Notes under the pieces: generated by a model | Databases searched by the model: none | The model's input: the letters and a program-made list of their open reading frames with translations, nothing else | Told to the model about the DNA's origin: nothing | Shown here: piece after piece, positions 43,652-53,956 of the stretch | Layout: every line of letters starts with the position of its first letter | Numbering within the stretch: the first letter of the stretch is position 1 | Position numbers and translations under genes: made by a program | Origin: Pseudomonadota bacterium | GTDB taxonomy: Bacteria; Pseudomonadota; Alphaproteobacteria; UBA11222 | NCBI GenBank assembly: GCA_049323435.1 | Contig: JBMOMX010000020.1 | Location: forward strand, 53,665-117,664 | Direction of reading: 5' to 3' | Length of the DNA stretch: 64,000 bases

Positions 43652-44794
43652 ATGAGCGAAGCAATCACACCATTCACATTGGCGATCCCGCAAAGCGCGC
43701 TGGATGATCTGGCGCGCCGTCTGGATAATGCCCGCTGGCCGGAGCGCGAGCCTGTCGCCGACTGGACCCAGGGTGCGCCCCTGGCAAAGGTGCAGGCGCT
43801 GTGCCAGCATTGGCGGTACAATTATGACTGGCGGCGCATTGAGGCGAAGCTCAACGGGCTGGGACAGTTCAAAACCGAAATTGATGGGCTTGATATTCAT
43901 TTTCTGCATGTGCGATCCAAACATCCCAACGCCATGCCGTTACTGATGACGCATGGCTGGCCGGGATCGGTGATTGAATTCATGAAGGTGATTGGCCCGC
44001 TGACCGATCCGGTCGCGCATGGCGGCAAGGCCGAGGATGCATTTCATGTGATCGCGCCATCGCTGCCGGGTTATGGTTTTTCCGGCAAGCCCGCCGCCAC
44101 GGGATGGGGCATTGCGCATATCGCCGATGCCTGGGCCAGGCTGATGACACGCCTTGGCTATGACAGATGGGTGGCGCAGGGCGGAGATTGGGGGGCGGCG
44201 GTCACCACGGCCATCGGCGTTGCCAAACCGGCGGGCTGTGCCGCCATCCATGTGAATCTGCTGTTCATTTTTCCGGGTGCGGATGAAATGGCTGACATGA
44301 CGCCGGCCGAAAAATCGGCGGTGGAGGCCATGACCTATTATCAGGAATGGGATTCCGGCTATTCCAAACAGCAATCGACGCGGCCGCAAACCCTTGGCTA
44401 TGCGCTGGCTGATTCCCCCGTTGGGCAGGCGGCGTGGATCTACGAAAAAATGTGGGCCTGGACTGACAATGGCGGCAATCCCGAAGATATTTTGAGCATG
44501 GACGAAATGCTCGACAATATCATGCTGTACTGGCTGCCCGGCAATGGCGCATCATCGGCGCGGCTCTATTGGGAAAGTTTCCGCGGCGCGCTCAACACCG
44601 CCAAGCTGGACCTGCCGGTGGGGATCAGCATGTACCCAAAGGAAATTTTCCGCGCCTCGCGCCGCTGGGCGGACAAAAGCATCAAGAACATTGTGCACTG
44701 GAATGAGCTTGACCGGGGCGGCCATTTCGCCGCCTGGGAACAGCCCGAATTGTTCATAACCGAAATCCGCAACTGTTTCCGCCAGTTCCGCTGA
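43652..44794 (+). CDS. Epoxide hydrolase (microsomal-type alpha/beta hydrolase)
   Basis: EHN N-terminus, HGWPGS, PSLPGYGFS, QGGDWG, GGHFAAWEQP. Confidence 0.93.
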   Translation: MSEAITPFTLAIPQSALDDLARRLDNARWPEREPVADWTQGAPLAKVQALCQHWRYNYDWRRIEAKLNGLGQFKTEIDGLDIHFLHVRSKHPNAMPLLMTHGWPGSVIEFMKVIGPLTDPVAHGGKAEDAFHVIAPSLPGYGFSGKPAATGWGIAHIADAWARLMTRLGYDRWVAQGGDWGAAVTTAIGVAKPAGCAAIHVNLLFIFPGADEMADMTPAEKSAVEAMTYYQEWDSGYSKQQSTRPQTLGYALADSPVGQAAWIYEKMWAWTDNGGNPEDILSMDEMLDNIMLYWLPGNGASSARLYWESFRGALNTAKLDLPVGISMYPKEIFRASRRWADKSIKNIVHWNELDRGGHFAAWEQPELFITEIRNCFRQFR

Positions 44795-44906
44795 GTTTAA
44801 GGATCGCGCATGGCAGACCCTAATGGGGGAGAGCCTTGTCACATTCCGGTAACATAACGCCGCTATGAATGGCCGCAACGCTGACTGGATTTAAGGTGAT
44901 TGCAGT

Positions 44907-45395
44907 ATGGACGCAAAACAGGTGCTGTTCTTGTGCACCGGAAATTCCGCCCGCAGCATCATGGCGGAAGCGGCGCTCAATTTTTACGGCATGGGCCGCT
45001 TCAAGGCCTATAGCGCGGGCAGCCATCCGGCGGGGGCGGTCAATCCGTTCACGCTTGAAACGCTGAAAATCGCCAAAATCAGCACGGCCGGACTGCGCAG
45101 CAAATCCTGGGATGAATTTGCCGCACCCGATGCGCCGAAGCTGGATTTTGTTTTTACCGTCTGCGACAATGCGGCGGGTGAAATATGCCCGGCCTGGCCG
45201 GGGCAGCCAATGACCGCCCATTGGGGCTTTCCGGACCCCGCGGCCTTTGAAGGCAGCGACACGGAAAAGCGTGCATTTTTTCAGGAGATTTTCCGGCAAA
45301 TCCGTACACGCATAGAATTGTTCATAAGCCTGCCTATGGCCAGCCTCGACAGATTGTCGCTACAGCGCAGGCTGGACGAAATGGGCAAGGAATAG
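44907..45395 (+). CDS. arsC: Arsenate reductase, LMW-PTP/thioredoxin type
   Basis: CTGNSARS, RSKSWDEF, TVCD..AGEICP.WPG, HWGFPDP. Confidence 0.92.
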   Translation: MDAKQVLFLCTGNSARSIMAEAALNFYGMGRFKAYSAGSHPAGAVNPFTLETLKIAKISTAGLRSKSWDEFAAPDAPKLDFVFTVCDNAAGEICPAWPGQPMTAHWGFPDPAAFEGSDTEKRAFFQEIFRQIRTRIELFISLPMASLDRLSLQRRLDEMGKE

Positions 45396-45423
45396 TCATT
45401 AATCCCGGGGGGGGTAAGGTACC

Positions 45424-46095
45424 ATTACTATTGCTAAGCGACTAAGCGCCGAATTTATCGGCAGCGCGTTTCTGCTCGCCACCGTCATTGGTTCGGGCAT
45501 CATGGCCGAAAAACTGGCGGGCGGAAATATTGCTATTGCGCTCTTGGGCAATACCATCGCCACCGGCGCAATGCTGGTGGTGCTGATCTTGATTTTCGGC
45601 CCTCTGTCTGGCGCGCATTTCAATCCGGCGGTGACGCTGGCGTTCCGGCTGCGCCGCGAAATCGGCAATGCGGACACGGCGCTCTATATAGTGGTGCAGA
45701 TCGCGGGCGCACTGGCCGGTATGCTGATGGCGCATTTCATGTTCGAAGCGCCCTTGCTGCAAATCTCCACCCATATGCGGGCTGGCCCGGCGCAGTTTGG
45801 ATCTGAAATCATTGCCACTTTCGGCCTGCTGGCCACCATCTTCGGCTGTGTGCGCCACCGGCCCGAGGCCGTGCCCTATGCCGTCGGCCTCTATATTACC
45901 GCCGCCTACTGGTTTACCGCCTCGACTTCTTTCGCCAATCCGGCCGTCACCGTGGCGCGCAGCCTTACGGACACATTTTCCGGTATAAGGCCCGAGGACG
46001 CGCCTTTGTTCATTGTGGCGCAGCTGGTCGGCGCGATGCTGGCTGGCGCCGTCTTCGGCTGGCTGTTCGCACCCGCGAAACCCCCGAATTCCTGA
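45424..46095 (+). CDS. MIP/aquaporin family channel (arsenic-associated AqpS type); start apparently non-canonical
   Basis: Two NPA motifs; family N-terminus KRLSAEFIGSAFLLATVIGSGIM lies upstream of the first ATG. Confidence 0.85.
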   Translation: MTIAKRLSAEFIGSAFLLATVIGSGIMAEKLAGGNIAIALLGNTIATGAMLVVLILIFGPLSGAHFNPAVTLAFRLRREIGNADTALYIVVQIAGALAGMLMAHFMFEAPLLQISTHMRAGPAQFGSEIIATFGLLATIFGCVRHRPEAVPYAVGLYITAAYWFTASTSFANPAVTVARSLTDTFSGIRPEDAPLFIVAQLVGAMLAGAVFGWLFAPAKPPNS

Positions 46096-46180
46096 CAATC
46101 CGCAACAAAATTGTCCGGCGCACTTGCCGCTTTGGTTGCAAGAGGCTATCAATGCCCCTCAGATTTTACGGGAGGTTTTG

Positions 46181-47680
46181 ATGCGCAATCTTACGCACTT
46201 TATTGGCGGCCGCCACGTTCAGGGGACCAGCGGGCGCTATGGTGCGGTGTATGATCCGATGACCGGCGAGATGCAGGCCAAGGCCCCGCTGGCCTCGGCC
46301 GCCGAAATGCGCGCGGCCATCGACAATGCGGCGGCGGCCTTTCCCGGCTGGGCGGCGGAAAATCCGCAAAAGCGCGCCCGGGTGATGTTCCGCTTCAAGC
46401 AACTGGTCGAAGATAATATGGACCAGCTGGCCGAAATGCTGAGCCGCGAACATGGCAAGGTCATTGCCGATTCCAAAGGCGATATTCAGCGCGGCCTCGA
46501 AGTCATCGAATTTGCCTGCGGCATTCCGCATCTGACCAAGGGCGAATTTACCGAAGGCGCGGGCCCCGGCATCGACATGTATTCCATGCGCCAGCCGCTG
46601 GGCGTTTGCGCGGGCATTACGCCGTTCAATTTTCCGGCGATGATCCCGATGTGGATGTTCGGCGTCGCCATTGCCTGCGGCAATACATTCATCTGCAAAC
46701 CATCGGAAAAAGACCCGTCCGTGCCGCTGCGCCTGGCCGAACTGATGCAGCAGGCGGGCCTGCCCGATGGCGTGCTGAATGTCGTTGTCGGCGACAAGGA
46801 GGCTGTGGACACCATCCTGACAGACCCGCGCATTCAGGCGGTCAGCTTTGTCGGCGCGACCGCCACCGCGCAATATATTTATGCAACCGCGGCGGCCAAC
46901 GGCAAGCGCGTGCAGGCCATGGGCGGCGCCAAAAATCATATGATCATCATGCCCGACGCTGACATGAACCAGGTCAGCGATGCGCTGATCGGCGCGGCCT
47001 ATGGCTCGGCCGGCGAACGCTGCATGGCGATTTCCGTGGCGGTGCCGGTTGGCAAGGGCACGGGAGATGCGCTGATTGCAGCGCTGCGCCCGCGCGTGGA
47101 ATCGCTGAAGGTTGGTCTTTCGACGGACCCGGAGGTGGATTACGGCCCGATGGTCACCGCCGAACATCTGGCCAAGGTGAAGTCCTATATCGAAAGCGGC
47201 GTCAGCGAAGGCGCGAAACTCGTCGTCGATGGGCGCGGCTTCAAATTGCAGGGCTATGAGAATGGCTTTTATATGGGCGGCTGTCTGTTTGATAATGTGA
47301 CCCCCAACATGGCCATCTATAAGGAAGAGATATTCGGCCCTGTATTGTGCGTCACCCGCGCGGATGATTTTGAGGCGGCGCTGCGTCTGCCGACCGAACA
47401 TCAATATGGCAATGGCGTTTCGATCTTTACCCGCGATGGCGATGCGGCGCGTGAATTTGCCTCGCGCGTGCAGGTGGGCATGGTTGGCATCAATGTGCCG
47501 ATTCCGGTGCCGCTGGCCTATCACAGTTTCGGCGGCTGGAAACGCTCGGCCTTTGGCGATACCAATCAGCACGGGACCGAAGGCGTCAAATTCTACACCA
47601 AGATCAAAACCGTCACCGCCCGCTGGCCTGCCGCCGGTGTGCGCAGCGGCGCAGACTTCACCATTCCGACGATGAAATAA
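46181..47680 (+). CDS. mmsA: CoA-acylating methylmalonate-semialdehyde dehydrogenase
   Basis: GITPFNFPAMIP, GGAKNH, GSAGERCMA, EEIFGPV, GINVPIPVP; GGAGG RBS. Confidence 0.95.
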   Translation: MRNLTHFIGGRHVQGTSGRYGAVYDPMTGEMQAKAPLASAAEMRAAIDNAAAAFPGWAAENPQKRARVMFRFKQLVEDNMDQLAEMLSREHGKVIADSKGDIQRGLEVIEFACGIPHLTKGEFTEGAGPGIDMYSMRQPLGVCAGITPFNFPAMIPMWMFGVAIACGNTFICKPSEKDPSVPLRLAELMQQAGLPDGVLNVVVGDKEAVDTILTDPRIQAVSFVGATATAQYIYATAAANGKRVQAMGGAKNHMIIMPDADMNQVSDALIGAAYGSAGERCMAISVAVPVGKGTGDALIAALRPRVESLKVGLSTDPEVDYGPMVTAEHLAKVKSYIESGVSEGAKLVVDGRGFKLQGYENGFYMGGCLFDNVTPNMAIYKEEIFGPVLCVTRADDFEAALRLPTEHQYGNGVSIFTRDGDAAREFASRVQVGMVGINVPIPVPLAYHSFGGWKRSAFGDTNQHGTEGVKFYTKIKTVTARWPAAGVRSGADFTIPTMK

Positions 47681-47688
47681 GCATTTGA

Positions 47689-48822
47689 ATGCAGGGACCG
47701 CGCGCCGTCTATCGCGAACGGGTGCGATCGGGTCAGGTTAAACCGGACCCGGCGCAGGAATTCGCCATCGAAAAACTGCAGAGCCTGGAAGACGCGCTTA
47801 AACAGTACAAGCATGTCACGCGCAACCGTGTGCTGTCATGGCTGGGACGTGAAACGCCGCCGCCGCCAAAGGGCCTGTATCTGTGGGGCGAAGTCGGGCG
47901 CGGCAAAAGCATGCTGATGGATCTGTTTTATGACACTGTTCCCGTCAGCCGCAAACGCCGGGTGCATTTTCTGCAATTCATGCTCGAAGCCCACGAAGCC
48001 ATTCACGCCTGGCGCCAGGCCAACAAGCGCGGAGAAATTGCCAAATCTGCAAAATCCAATGGCGATGATCCTATCGTCCCGGTGGCGCACGCCATTGCGG
48101 ATAGGGTGCAATTGCTGTGCTTTGACGAATTTCAGGTGTCCGATGTCGCCGATGCGATGATCCTGGGGCGGCTGTTCACGGCGCTGTTCGAACAGGGTGT
48201 CATCGTCGTGCTGACATCGAACCGCGCGCCGGATACGCTCTATGAAGGCGGGCTGAACCGGCAATTATTCGTGCCGTTCATTGAACTGCTGAAACAAAGA
48301 CTTGAAGTGGTGCAACTGGTCAGCCCCACCGATTACCGCATGGCGCGCCTCAGCGGCCATCCGGTCTATCACGCGCCGCTTGGGCTAGACAGCGACCGCG
48401 AAATGGACGCAGCCTGGCTGCGACTCACAGATACGCCGCGCGGCAAGCCGGTGAAGCTGGATGTGCAGGGCCGCAAACTGCTGGTGCCGCAGGCCGCGCA
48501 TGGTGTGGCGCGCTTTGATTTTGCCGATCTATGCGAGGCGGCGGTGGGCGGCCCCGATTATCTGCAAATCGCCTGGACGTTTCATACCGTGCTGCTGGAT
48601 CATATTCCACGCATGGAACGCGGCAGCCGTAACGAGGCCAAACGCTTTGTCACGCTGGTCGATGCGCTCTATGATAATCGCGTCAAGCTGATCTGTTCCG
48701 CCGATGGCCCGCCCGGCAGCCTGTACCCCGCCGGCGATGGCAGCTTTGAATTCGCCCGTACGGTTTCCCGCCTGATGGAAATGCAGTCCGTGGAATATCT
48801 GGCCAAGGGGCACGCAGTTTAA
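47689..48822 (+). CDS. zapE: AFG1/ZapE family ATPase
   Basis: GLYLWGEVGRGKS, CFDEF, TSNR, RFVTLVDALY, RTVSRLMEMQS. Confidence 0.93.
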   Translation: MQGPRAVYRERVRSGQVKPDPAQEFAIEKLQSLEDALKQYKHVTRNRVLSWLGRETPPPPKGLYLWGEVGRGKSMLMDLFYDTVPVSRKRRVHFLQFMLEAHEAIHAWRQANKRGEIAKSAKSNGDDPIVPVAHAIADRVQLLCFDEFQVSDVADAMILGRLFTALFEQGVIVVLTSNRAPDTLYEGGLNRQLFVPFIELLKQRLEVVQLVSPTDYRMARLSGHPVYHAPLGLDSDREMDAAWLRLTDTPRGKPVKLDVQGRKLLVPQAAHGVARFDFADLCEAAVGGPDYLQIAWTFHTVLLDHIPRMERGSRNEAKRFVTLVDALYDNRVKLICSADGPPGSLYPAGDGSFEFARTVSRLMEMQSVEYLAKGHAV

Positions 48823-48830
48823 CGGCGCGC

Positions 48831-50192
48831 TTAATAGGCATATTCCGCATAGGCCGGCAGCACACTGCCTTTCCAGGGGCCGTGATAATGTTCCAGCATG
48901 ATTTCAGCGGGGCAGCGCCCGGTTGCCGCGGTTTCCAGCAGCACGTCAAGATAATGCTGCTCGTCCAGGCCGGTGCTGCCGATGCGGGCGCGGGCTTTCA
49001 GGCCGGAACTGGCGATCTTCAGCGCTTCCTGCGCCACATCCTGCAGGGTGCCGCCGCGAAATGGGGTGTGCAGCGCCTGTTTTGGCACCCCGTCGCGCAG
49101 CGCCTGGCGTTCCTCCGCCGTCCAGTCCTTTACCAGATCCCATGCCGCGTCCAGCGCGCCCTGATCATATAACAGGCCCACCCAAAGTGCGGGCAATGCG
49201 CAGAGCGAGCGCCATGGGCCGCCATCAGCGCCGCGCATTTCCAGAAATTTTTTCATCCGCACTTCGGGGAACAAAGTCGTCAGATGATCGGCCCAATCGC
49301 CCATGGTGGGTTTTTCACCCGGCAGTGCGGGCAATTTCCCCGCCAGAAAATCCCGGAACGATTGCCCTGACGCATCAATATATTTTCCCTGCCGGTAGAC
49401 AAAATACATCGGCACATCGAGCGCATATTGCACATAGCGTTCAAAGCCGAAGCCAGCGTCAAACACAAACGGAACCATGCCCGCGCGATCGGGATCGGTG
49501 TCGGTCCAGACATGGCTGCGGAAACTGAGATAGCCATTCGGTTTTCCCTCCGTAAACGGAGAATTGGCGAACAGCGCGGTGGCCAGCGGTTGCAGCGCCA
49601 GCGACACGCGGAATTTCCTGATCATGTCGGCTTCGGATGAATAATCCAGATTGACCTGCACCGTGCACGACCGGTACATCATGTCGATGCCATGATTGCC
49701 GCGCTTGGGCATATAATTGGTCATGATGCCATATCGCCCCTTGGGCATTACCGGAATTTGGGCGCGCGTCCAGTCCGGCGTAAAGCCAAGCCCCAGAAAA
49801 CCGATACCAAGCCCGGTCGCCACTTCGCGCACCTGCTTCAGATGGGTATTCACCTCGTTACAGGTCTGATGCAGATTTTCCAGCGGCGCGCCGGAAAGTT
49901 CGAACTGCCCGCCCGGCTCCAGGCTGATGGCGCCGCCATCCATAGTCAGGGCAATGACATTGCCGCCCTCTGTGACCGGCTGCCAGCCAAACCGCTGCAT
50001 GCCTTCAAGCAGTGCGCGCACGCCTGCCGGGCCTTCATAGGGCAGGGTGCTGTGATCAGACAGGCGGAAGCCGAATTTTTCATGTTCGGTGCCGATGCGC
50101 CATTGATCTTTCGGCTTGCATCCGGAGGCGATGTAATCGGTAAGATCGGCCTCACACTCAATCTGGCCGCTCGCTGATTGTGGTCCCGACAT
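48831..50192 (-). CDS. gshA: Glutamate-cysteine ligase (alphaproteobacterial/plant type)
   Basis: [41 protein letters not shown]. Confidence 0.95.
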   Translation of the reverse strand: MSGPQSASGQIECEADLTDYIASGCKPKDQWRIGTEHEKFGFRLSDHSTLPYEGPAGVRALLEGMQRFGWQPVTEGGNVIALTMDGGAISLEPGGQFELSGAPLENLHQTCNEVNTHLKQVREVATGLGIGFLGLGFTPDWTRAQIPVMPKGRYGIMTNYMPKRGNHGIDMMYRSCTVQVNLDYSSEADMIRKFRVSLALQPLATALFANSPFTEGKPNGYLSFRSHVWTDTDPDRAGMVPFVFDAGFGFERYVQYALDVPMYFVYRQGKYIDASGQSFRDFLAGKLPALPGEKPTMGDWADHLTTLFPEVRMKKFLEMRGADGGPWRSLCALPALWVGLLYDQGALDAAWDLVKDWTAEERQALRDGVPKQALHTPFRGGTLQDVAQEALKIASSGLKARARIGSTGLDEQHYLDVLLETAATGRCPAEIMLEHYHGPWKGSVLPAYAEYAY

Positions 50193-50231
50193 GCTGTTCC
50201 TCCGCAACGCTACATTTTTATTGGGCCCAGT

Positions 50232-51020
50232 CTACACTGGCCGGTCAAGCGGTGCTACAGGGCGAATATCCCAGTCGCCGCACGCCGATTGCCACAGGCT
50301 CAGCGCGGCAATCGCCGCTGTATCGGCGCGCAGAATGCGCGGGCCCAGCGAAACCGCAAGGCTTTGCGGCATGGCGTGCAGCCGTTCGCGCTCGGCCGGG
50401 CTGAAACCGCCTTCTGGGCCTATCAGCACTGCCCAGGGCGCGCCGGGCTGTTGCGCAACAAGTGCTGCGCGCGCCGCGCCGCCAGCACCGGATTCATCAC
50501 AAAATAAAATGCGCCGGTCTTCGGGCCAGCGATCCAGCACCTGCTGCAATTTTTCCGGCTCCTGAATTTTTGGCACGCTTACCAGCCCGCATTGTTCCGC
50601 TGCCTCGATCGCAATAGCTTCAAGCCGCGCAATATTGACGCGCGGCGCCTGCGTATAGCCGGTGATCACCGGATGAATTTCCCGCACCCCCAATTCGGTG
50701 GCTTTTTCCGCAATGAATTCCAGCCGCGTGCGTTTGACCGGGGCGCATAACAGCCATAGATCCGGCACGGTGCTTTGCGGCTGAAGCTGCCCGCTCAGTT
50801 CAACCCGGCATAGCTGTTTGCCTGTATCAAGAATGCGGCCTTGCCATTCGCCATCGCGGCCATTGAACAGGCCCAGACTGTCCCCCGCCGACCGGCGCAG
50901 AACCGTGCGCAGATAATGCGCCTGTTCGCGGTTCAGCACAACCTCCGCCCCGTGGCTGAGCGGCGCATCACAATATAGACGGATATGTTCGCGCGCAGGG
51001 GCCATAGGAAGCAGCTTCAT
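50232..51020 (-). CDS. rsmE: 16S rRNA m3U1498 methyltransferase
   Basis: HYLRTVLR, EKATELGV, EAAEQC, IGPEGGFS, LGPRILRADTA. Confidence 0.95.
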   Translation of the reverse strand: MKLLPMAPAREHIRLYCDAPLSHGAEVVLNREQAHYLRTVLRRSAGDSLGLFNGRDGEWQGRILDTGKQLCRVELSGQLQPQSTVPDLWLLCAPVKRTRLEFIAEKATELGVREIHPVITGYTQAPRVNIARLEAIAIEAAEQCGLVSVPKIQEPEKLQQVLDRWPEDRRILFCDESGAGGAARAALVAQQPGAPWAVLIGPEGGFSPAERERLHAMPQSLAVSLGPRILRADTAAIAALSLWQSACGDWDIRPVAPLDRPV

Positions 51021-51040
51021 AATTATGCTATGGCTGTTAC

Positions 51041-51961
51041 ATGACAGAGCTTAGGGGCAAAGATCAAGCTGGTACGGTGCGCGATGCGCCGGGCAACTGG
51101 GTGGACAGCTATGCGCCGCTGGCCGCACGCCCCTATTTGCGGCTGGCGCGGCTCGACCGGCCGATCGGGACATGGCTGCTGCTATGGCCCTGCTGGTGGG
51201 CGATTGTACTGGCGTCCGGCGGGATCGGGCTGCTGGCGCTGTTTGCGCTGGGCGCGGTGGTGATGCGCGGCGCGGGCTGCACGTTCAATGATATTGTGGA
51301 CCGTGATCTGGATGCCCAGGTGGCGCGTACCGCAAATCGTCCCCTGCCCAGCGGTGCTGTCAGTGTGCCTGCGGCATGGATATTTCTGATCGCGCAATGC
51401 TGCATTGGTTTGGCCGTATTGTTGTCGCTGAACGCTTTCGCCATTGCGGTTGGGGTGGCGGCATTAGTGCCGGCCGCCCTCTATCCGTTCATGAAGCGGA
51501 TCACTTACTGGCCGCAATTATTTTTGGGCATTGCCTTCAACTGGGGGGCGTTGCTGGGATGGGCTGCGGTGACGGGAACGCTGGCGCCGCCTGCGCTCTG
51601 GCTTTATCTGGGCGGCATCTTCTGGACGCTGGGCTATGACACGATTTACGCCCATCAGGATGCCGAAGATGATGCGCGTATCGGCATCAAATCCACTGCG
51701 CTGAAATTTGGCGCGAACAGCAAACCCGCTATTGCCGGATTTTATGCGGCCGCCCTGACCTTGTTCGGGCTGGCCGGTTGGCATGCCGGCTTGGGCTGGG
51801 GATTCTGGCCGGTTCTCGGCCTTTGCGGTCTGCATCTGGGATGGCAGGTGATCCGGCTGGCGCCTGCGGATCCGGAAAACTGCCTGTACCTGTTTCGCAG
51901 CAACCGCGATTTTGGCGCGCTGCTGCTGCTGGCCCTGCTCGCGGGCAATATATCGGTTTAG
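51041..51961 (+). CDS. ubiA: 4-hydroxybenzoate polyprenyltransferase
   Basis: RLDRPIG, GCTFNDIVDRDLD, RTANRP, YDTIYAHQD..DD. Confidence 0.95.
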   Translation: MTELRGKDQAGTVRDAPGNWVDSYAPLAARPYLRLARLDRPIGTWLLLWPCWWAIVLASGGIGLLALFALGAVVMRGAGCTFNDIVDRDLDAQVARTANRPLPSGAVSVPAAWIFLIAQCCIGLAVLLSLNAFAIAVGVAALVPAALYPFMKRITYWPQLFLGIAFNWGALLGWAAVTGTLAPPALWLYLGGIFWTLGYDTIYAHQDAEDDARIGIKSTALKFGANSKPAIAGFYAAALTLFGLAGWHAGLGWGFWPVLGLCGLHLGWQVIRLAPADPENCLYLFRSNRDFGALLLLALLAGNISV

Positions 51962-52104
51962 GGTTCTGCCCCCCAAAGCGGCCGATTCATGGTTTACGCC
52001 GCTGTTCAGCGCACCGGAACAGTGCAGGAAGGGCTTGCGGCACAGGGAAAAAGCCGCCATGCTACCTACAAGAATGACAAGAAACGAACAGAGTGGGGAC
52101 CGCC

Positions 52105-52563
52105 ATGCTAACAGCAAAGTCCTGGAAACTGCCCGCGCTGGCCTGTCTCATGCTTCTGCTTGGGGCGCAATTTGTCCAGGCAGCCTTGGCCGAGCCTGCA
52201 CGTTATAACGGCATTCTGCGCGGCAGGCATCTTTCCCCGCCGGTTGAAAGCGGCGGTCTTGGCAGTGTGCAATTGGCCGTGATGGGGGGGGAATTATTCT
52301 GGATCGTCAGTTTTTATGATCTGGAAAGCCCGCCAGTCGCGGTGCAGATGCATGGCCCCGCTGAACCGGGTGAGAATGCGCCCCTGCAACTGGATATGGG
52401 AATTAATTGGGGCGATCTGGGCCGCAATAATATCATGTCCGGCAAAGCCAATATCACTCAGGCGCAAATAGACAGCCTGTCCTCCGGCAAATGGTATTTG
52501 GTGGTGCGCACCGAGGCCCATCCCGAAGGCGAATTACGCGCGCAGTTGCAGCGCTTCGATTAA
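52105..52563 (+). CDS. Exported CHRD-domain protein
   Basis: Signal peptide; HGPA.PG, GKWY.VVRT..HP.GELRAQL. Confidence 0.85.
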   Translation: MLTAKSWKLPALACLMLLLGAQFVQAALAEPARYNGILRGRHLSPPVESGGLGSVQLAVMGGELFWIVSFYDLESPPVAVQMHGPAEPGENAPLQLDMGINWGDLGRNNIMSGKANITQAQIDSLSSGKWYLVVRTEAHPEGELRAQLQRFD

Positions 52564-52599
52564 CCCCACATGCGCACTATGGTGCACCCCGGCCGGTTC

Positions 52600-53679
52600 T
52601 CAGGAATAAAGCGGCCAACGCGCACGCGCAGTTACATCCAGCGGATCGCTTAATCCGAGCGCCAGCCGTTCAATCCCGGCCCAGCCAATCATCGCTGCAT
52701 TATCCGTACACAGATCAAGTGGCGGGGTGGCCAGTTGAAACCCCTCACGATCGCACAGTCTGCCGAGCGCAGTTCGCAGCGCCAGATTGGCGGCAACGCC
52801 GCCTGCTACTACCAGCGTGTGCGCCTGCTGCGGTGTGTGCCGCTGGCGAAACAGGGTCATGGCGTTGCGGCAGCGGTCGATCATGACATCTGCGACGGCG
52901 GCCTGAAAACTGGCCGCCATATCGGCTTTGTCCTGATCGCTCAGCCGTTCCGGCGCGGGGGTCATGTGCCGCACGGCGGTTTTCAGGCCGGAAAAGGAAA
53001 AATCACATCCGGCGCGCCCGAGCATGGGACGCGGCAGGGCAAAGCGGGCCGGGTTACCGGTTATTGCCGCCTTCTCAATGGCTGGCCCGCCCGGATAGCC
53101 AAGCCCCAGCAGTTTGGCGGTTTTGTCAAAGGCTTCACCCGCCGCATCATCCAGGCTGCCGCCAAGCCGGGCATAGGCGCCGGCGCCGCGCACCTCCAGC
53201 AATTGGCAATGCCCGCCCGACACCAGCAGCAGCAGATAGGGAAAGGCCAGCGGCTGCACCAGCCGCACCGATAAAGCATGCCCCTCCAGATGGTTCACCG
53301 CAACCAGTGGAATCGCCCGCGCGGCGGCGATGGCTTTGCCCGTCACCAGCCCGACCATCACGCCGCCGATCAGCCCCGGCCCGGCGGTTGCCGCCACGCC
53401 ATCCAGCCCCTCCCAGCCGCAGCCCGCTTTTTCGATGGCTGCCTGAATCAGTCTGTCCAGGCTCAATATATGCGCCCGCGACGCGATCTCAGGCACGATG
53501 CCGCCATAAGGCCTGTGTTCGTCAAACTGGCTCAGCACCAGATTGGACAGAATTTCACGCTGTCCGTCAGCCACCGGGCCATTTTGGCGCGGCAGCTCAG
53601 GATAGCCCCGAATCACGGCGGCAGCGGTTTCATCGCAACTGGTTTCTATGCCCAGTAAGGTAAGGGGCGCAGGGGACAT
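52600..53679 (-). CDS. tsaD: tRNA N6-adenosine threonylcarbamoyltransferase
   Basis: [40 protein letters not shown]. Confidence 0.97.
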   Translation of the reverse strand: MSPAPLTLLGIETSCDETAAAVIRGYPELPRQNGPVADGQREILSNLVLSQFDEHRPYGGIVPEIASRAHILSLDRLIQAAIEKAGCGWEGLDGVAATAGPGLIGGVMVGLVTGKAIAAARAIPLVAVNHLEGHALSVRLVQPLAFPYLLLLVSGGHCQLLEVRGAGAYARLGGSLDDAAGEAFDKTAKLLGLGYPGGPAIEKAAITGNPARFALPRPMLGRAGCDFSFSGLKTAVRHMTPAPERLSDQDKADMAASFQAAVADVMIDRCRNAMTLFRQRHTPQQAHTLVVAGGVAANLALRTALGRLCDREGFQLATPPLDLCTDNAAMIGWAGIERLALGLSDPLDVTARARWPLYS

Positions 53680-53748
53680 GCTGATTAATCTTTATTCAGG
53701 GGGCTGGCAGTCTGTATTTGCCTGCATAAAGCGCTTATAACACAGCTT

Positions 53749-53929
53749 TTAGAGCAATTCCTGTTTAGGTCGAACCGGATGGGCTCTCCTTGTTGTCATT
53801 GCCCGGCTTGTCCGGGTAATCCATGCCATGCGCAGAGGGCTGAGTTTGGGGTTCTGGATTGCCCGGACAAGCCGGGCAATGACACTGAGAGAGGCTGGCG
53901 CGATCGCACCCAAACAGGAATTGCGCTAG
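53749..53929. mobile_element. Nested palindromic MITE-like element (TAGAGCAATTCCTGTTT...AAACAGGAATTGCGCTA ends; inner GTCATTGCCCGG...CCGGGCAATGAC hairpin)
   Basis: Outer inverted repeats with TTAG/CTAG ends; inner inverted repeat 53794-53884. Confidence 0.85.
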
Positions 53930-53956
53930 CCGCCCGTTCAGGAGCCTGAATATTTT

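Noticed and set aside
45407-45414. G8 tract as a phase-variable frameshift for the aquaporin
   Set aside because: An in-frame stop lies directly after the tract, so slippage cannot restore an upstream start
46166-47572. 468-aa minus-strand ORF
   Set aside because: Antisense shadow of mmsA
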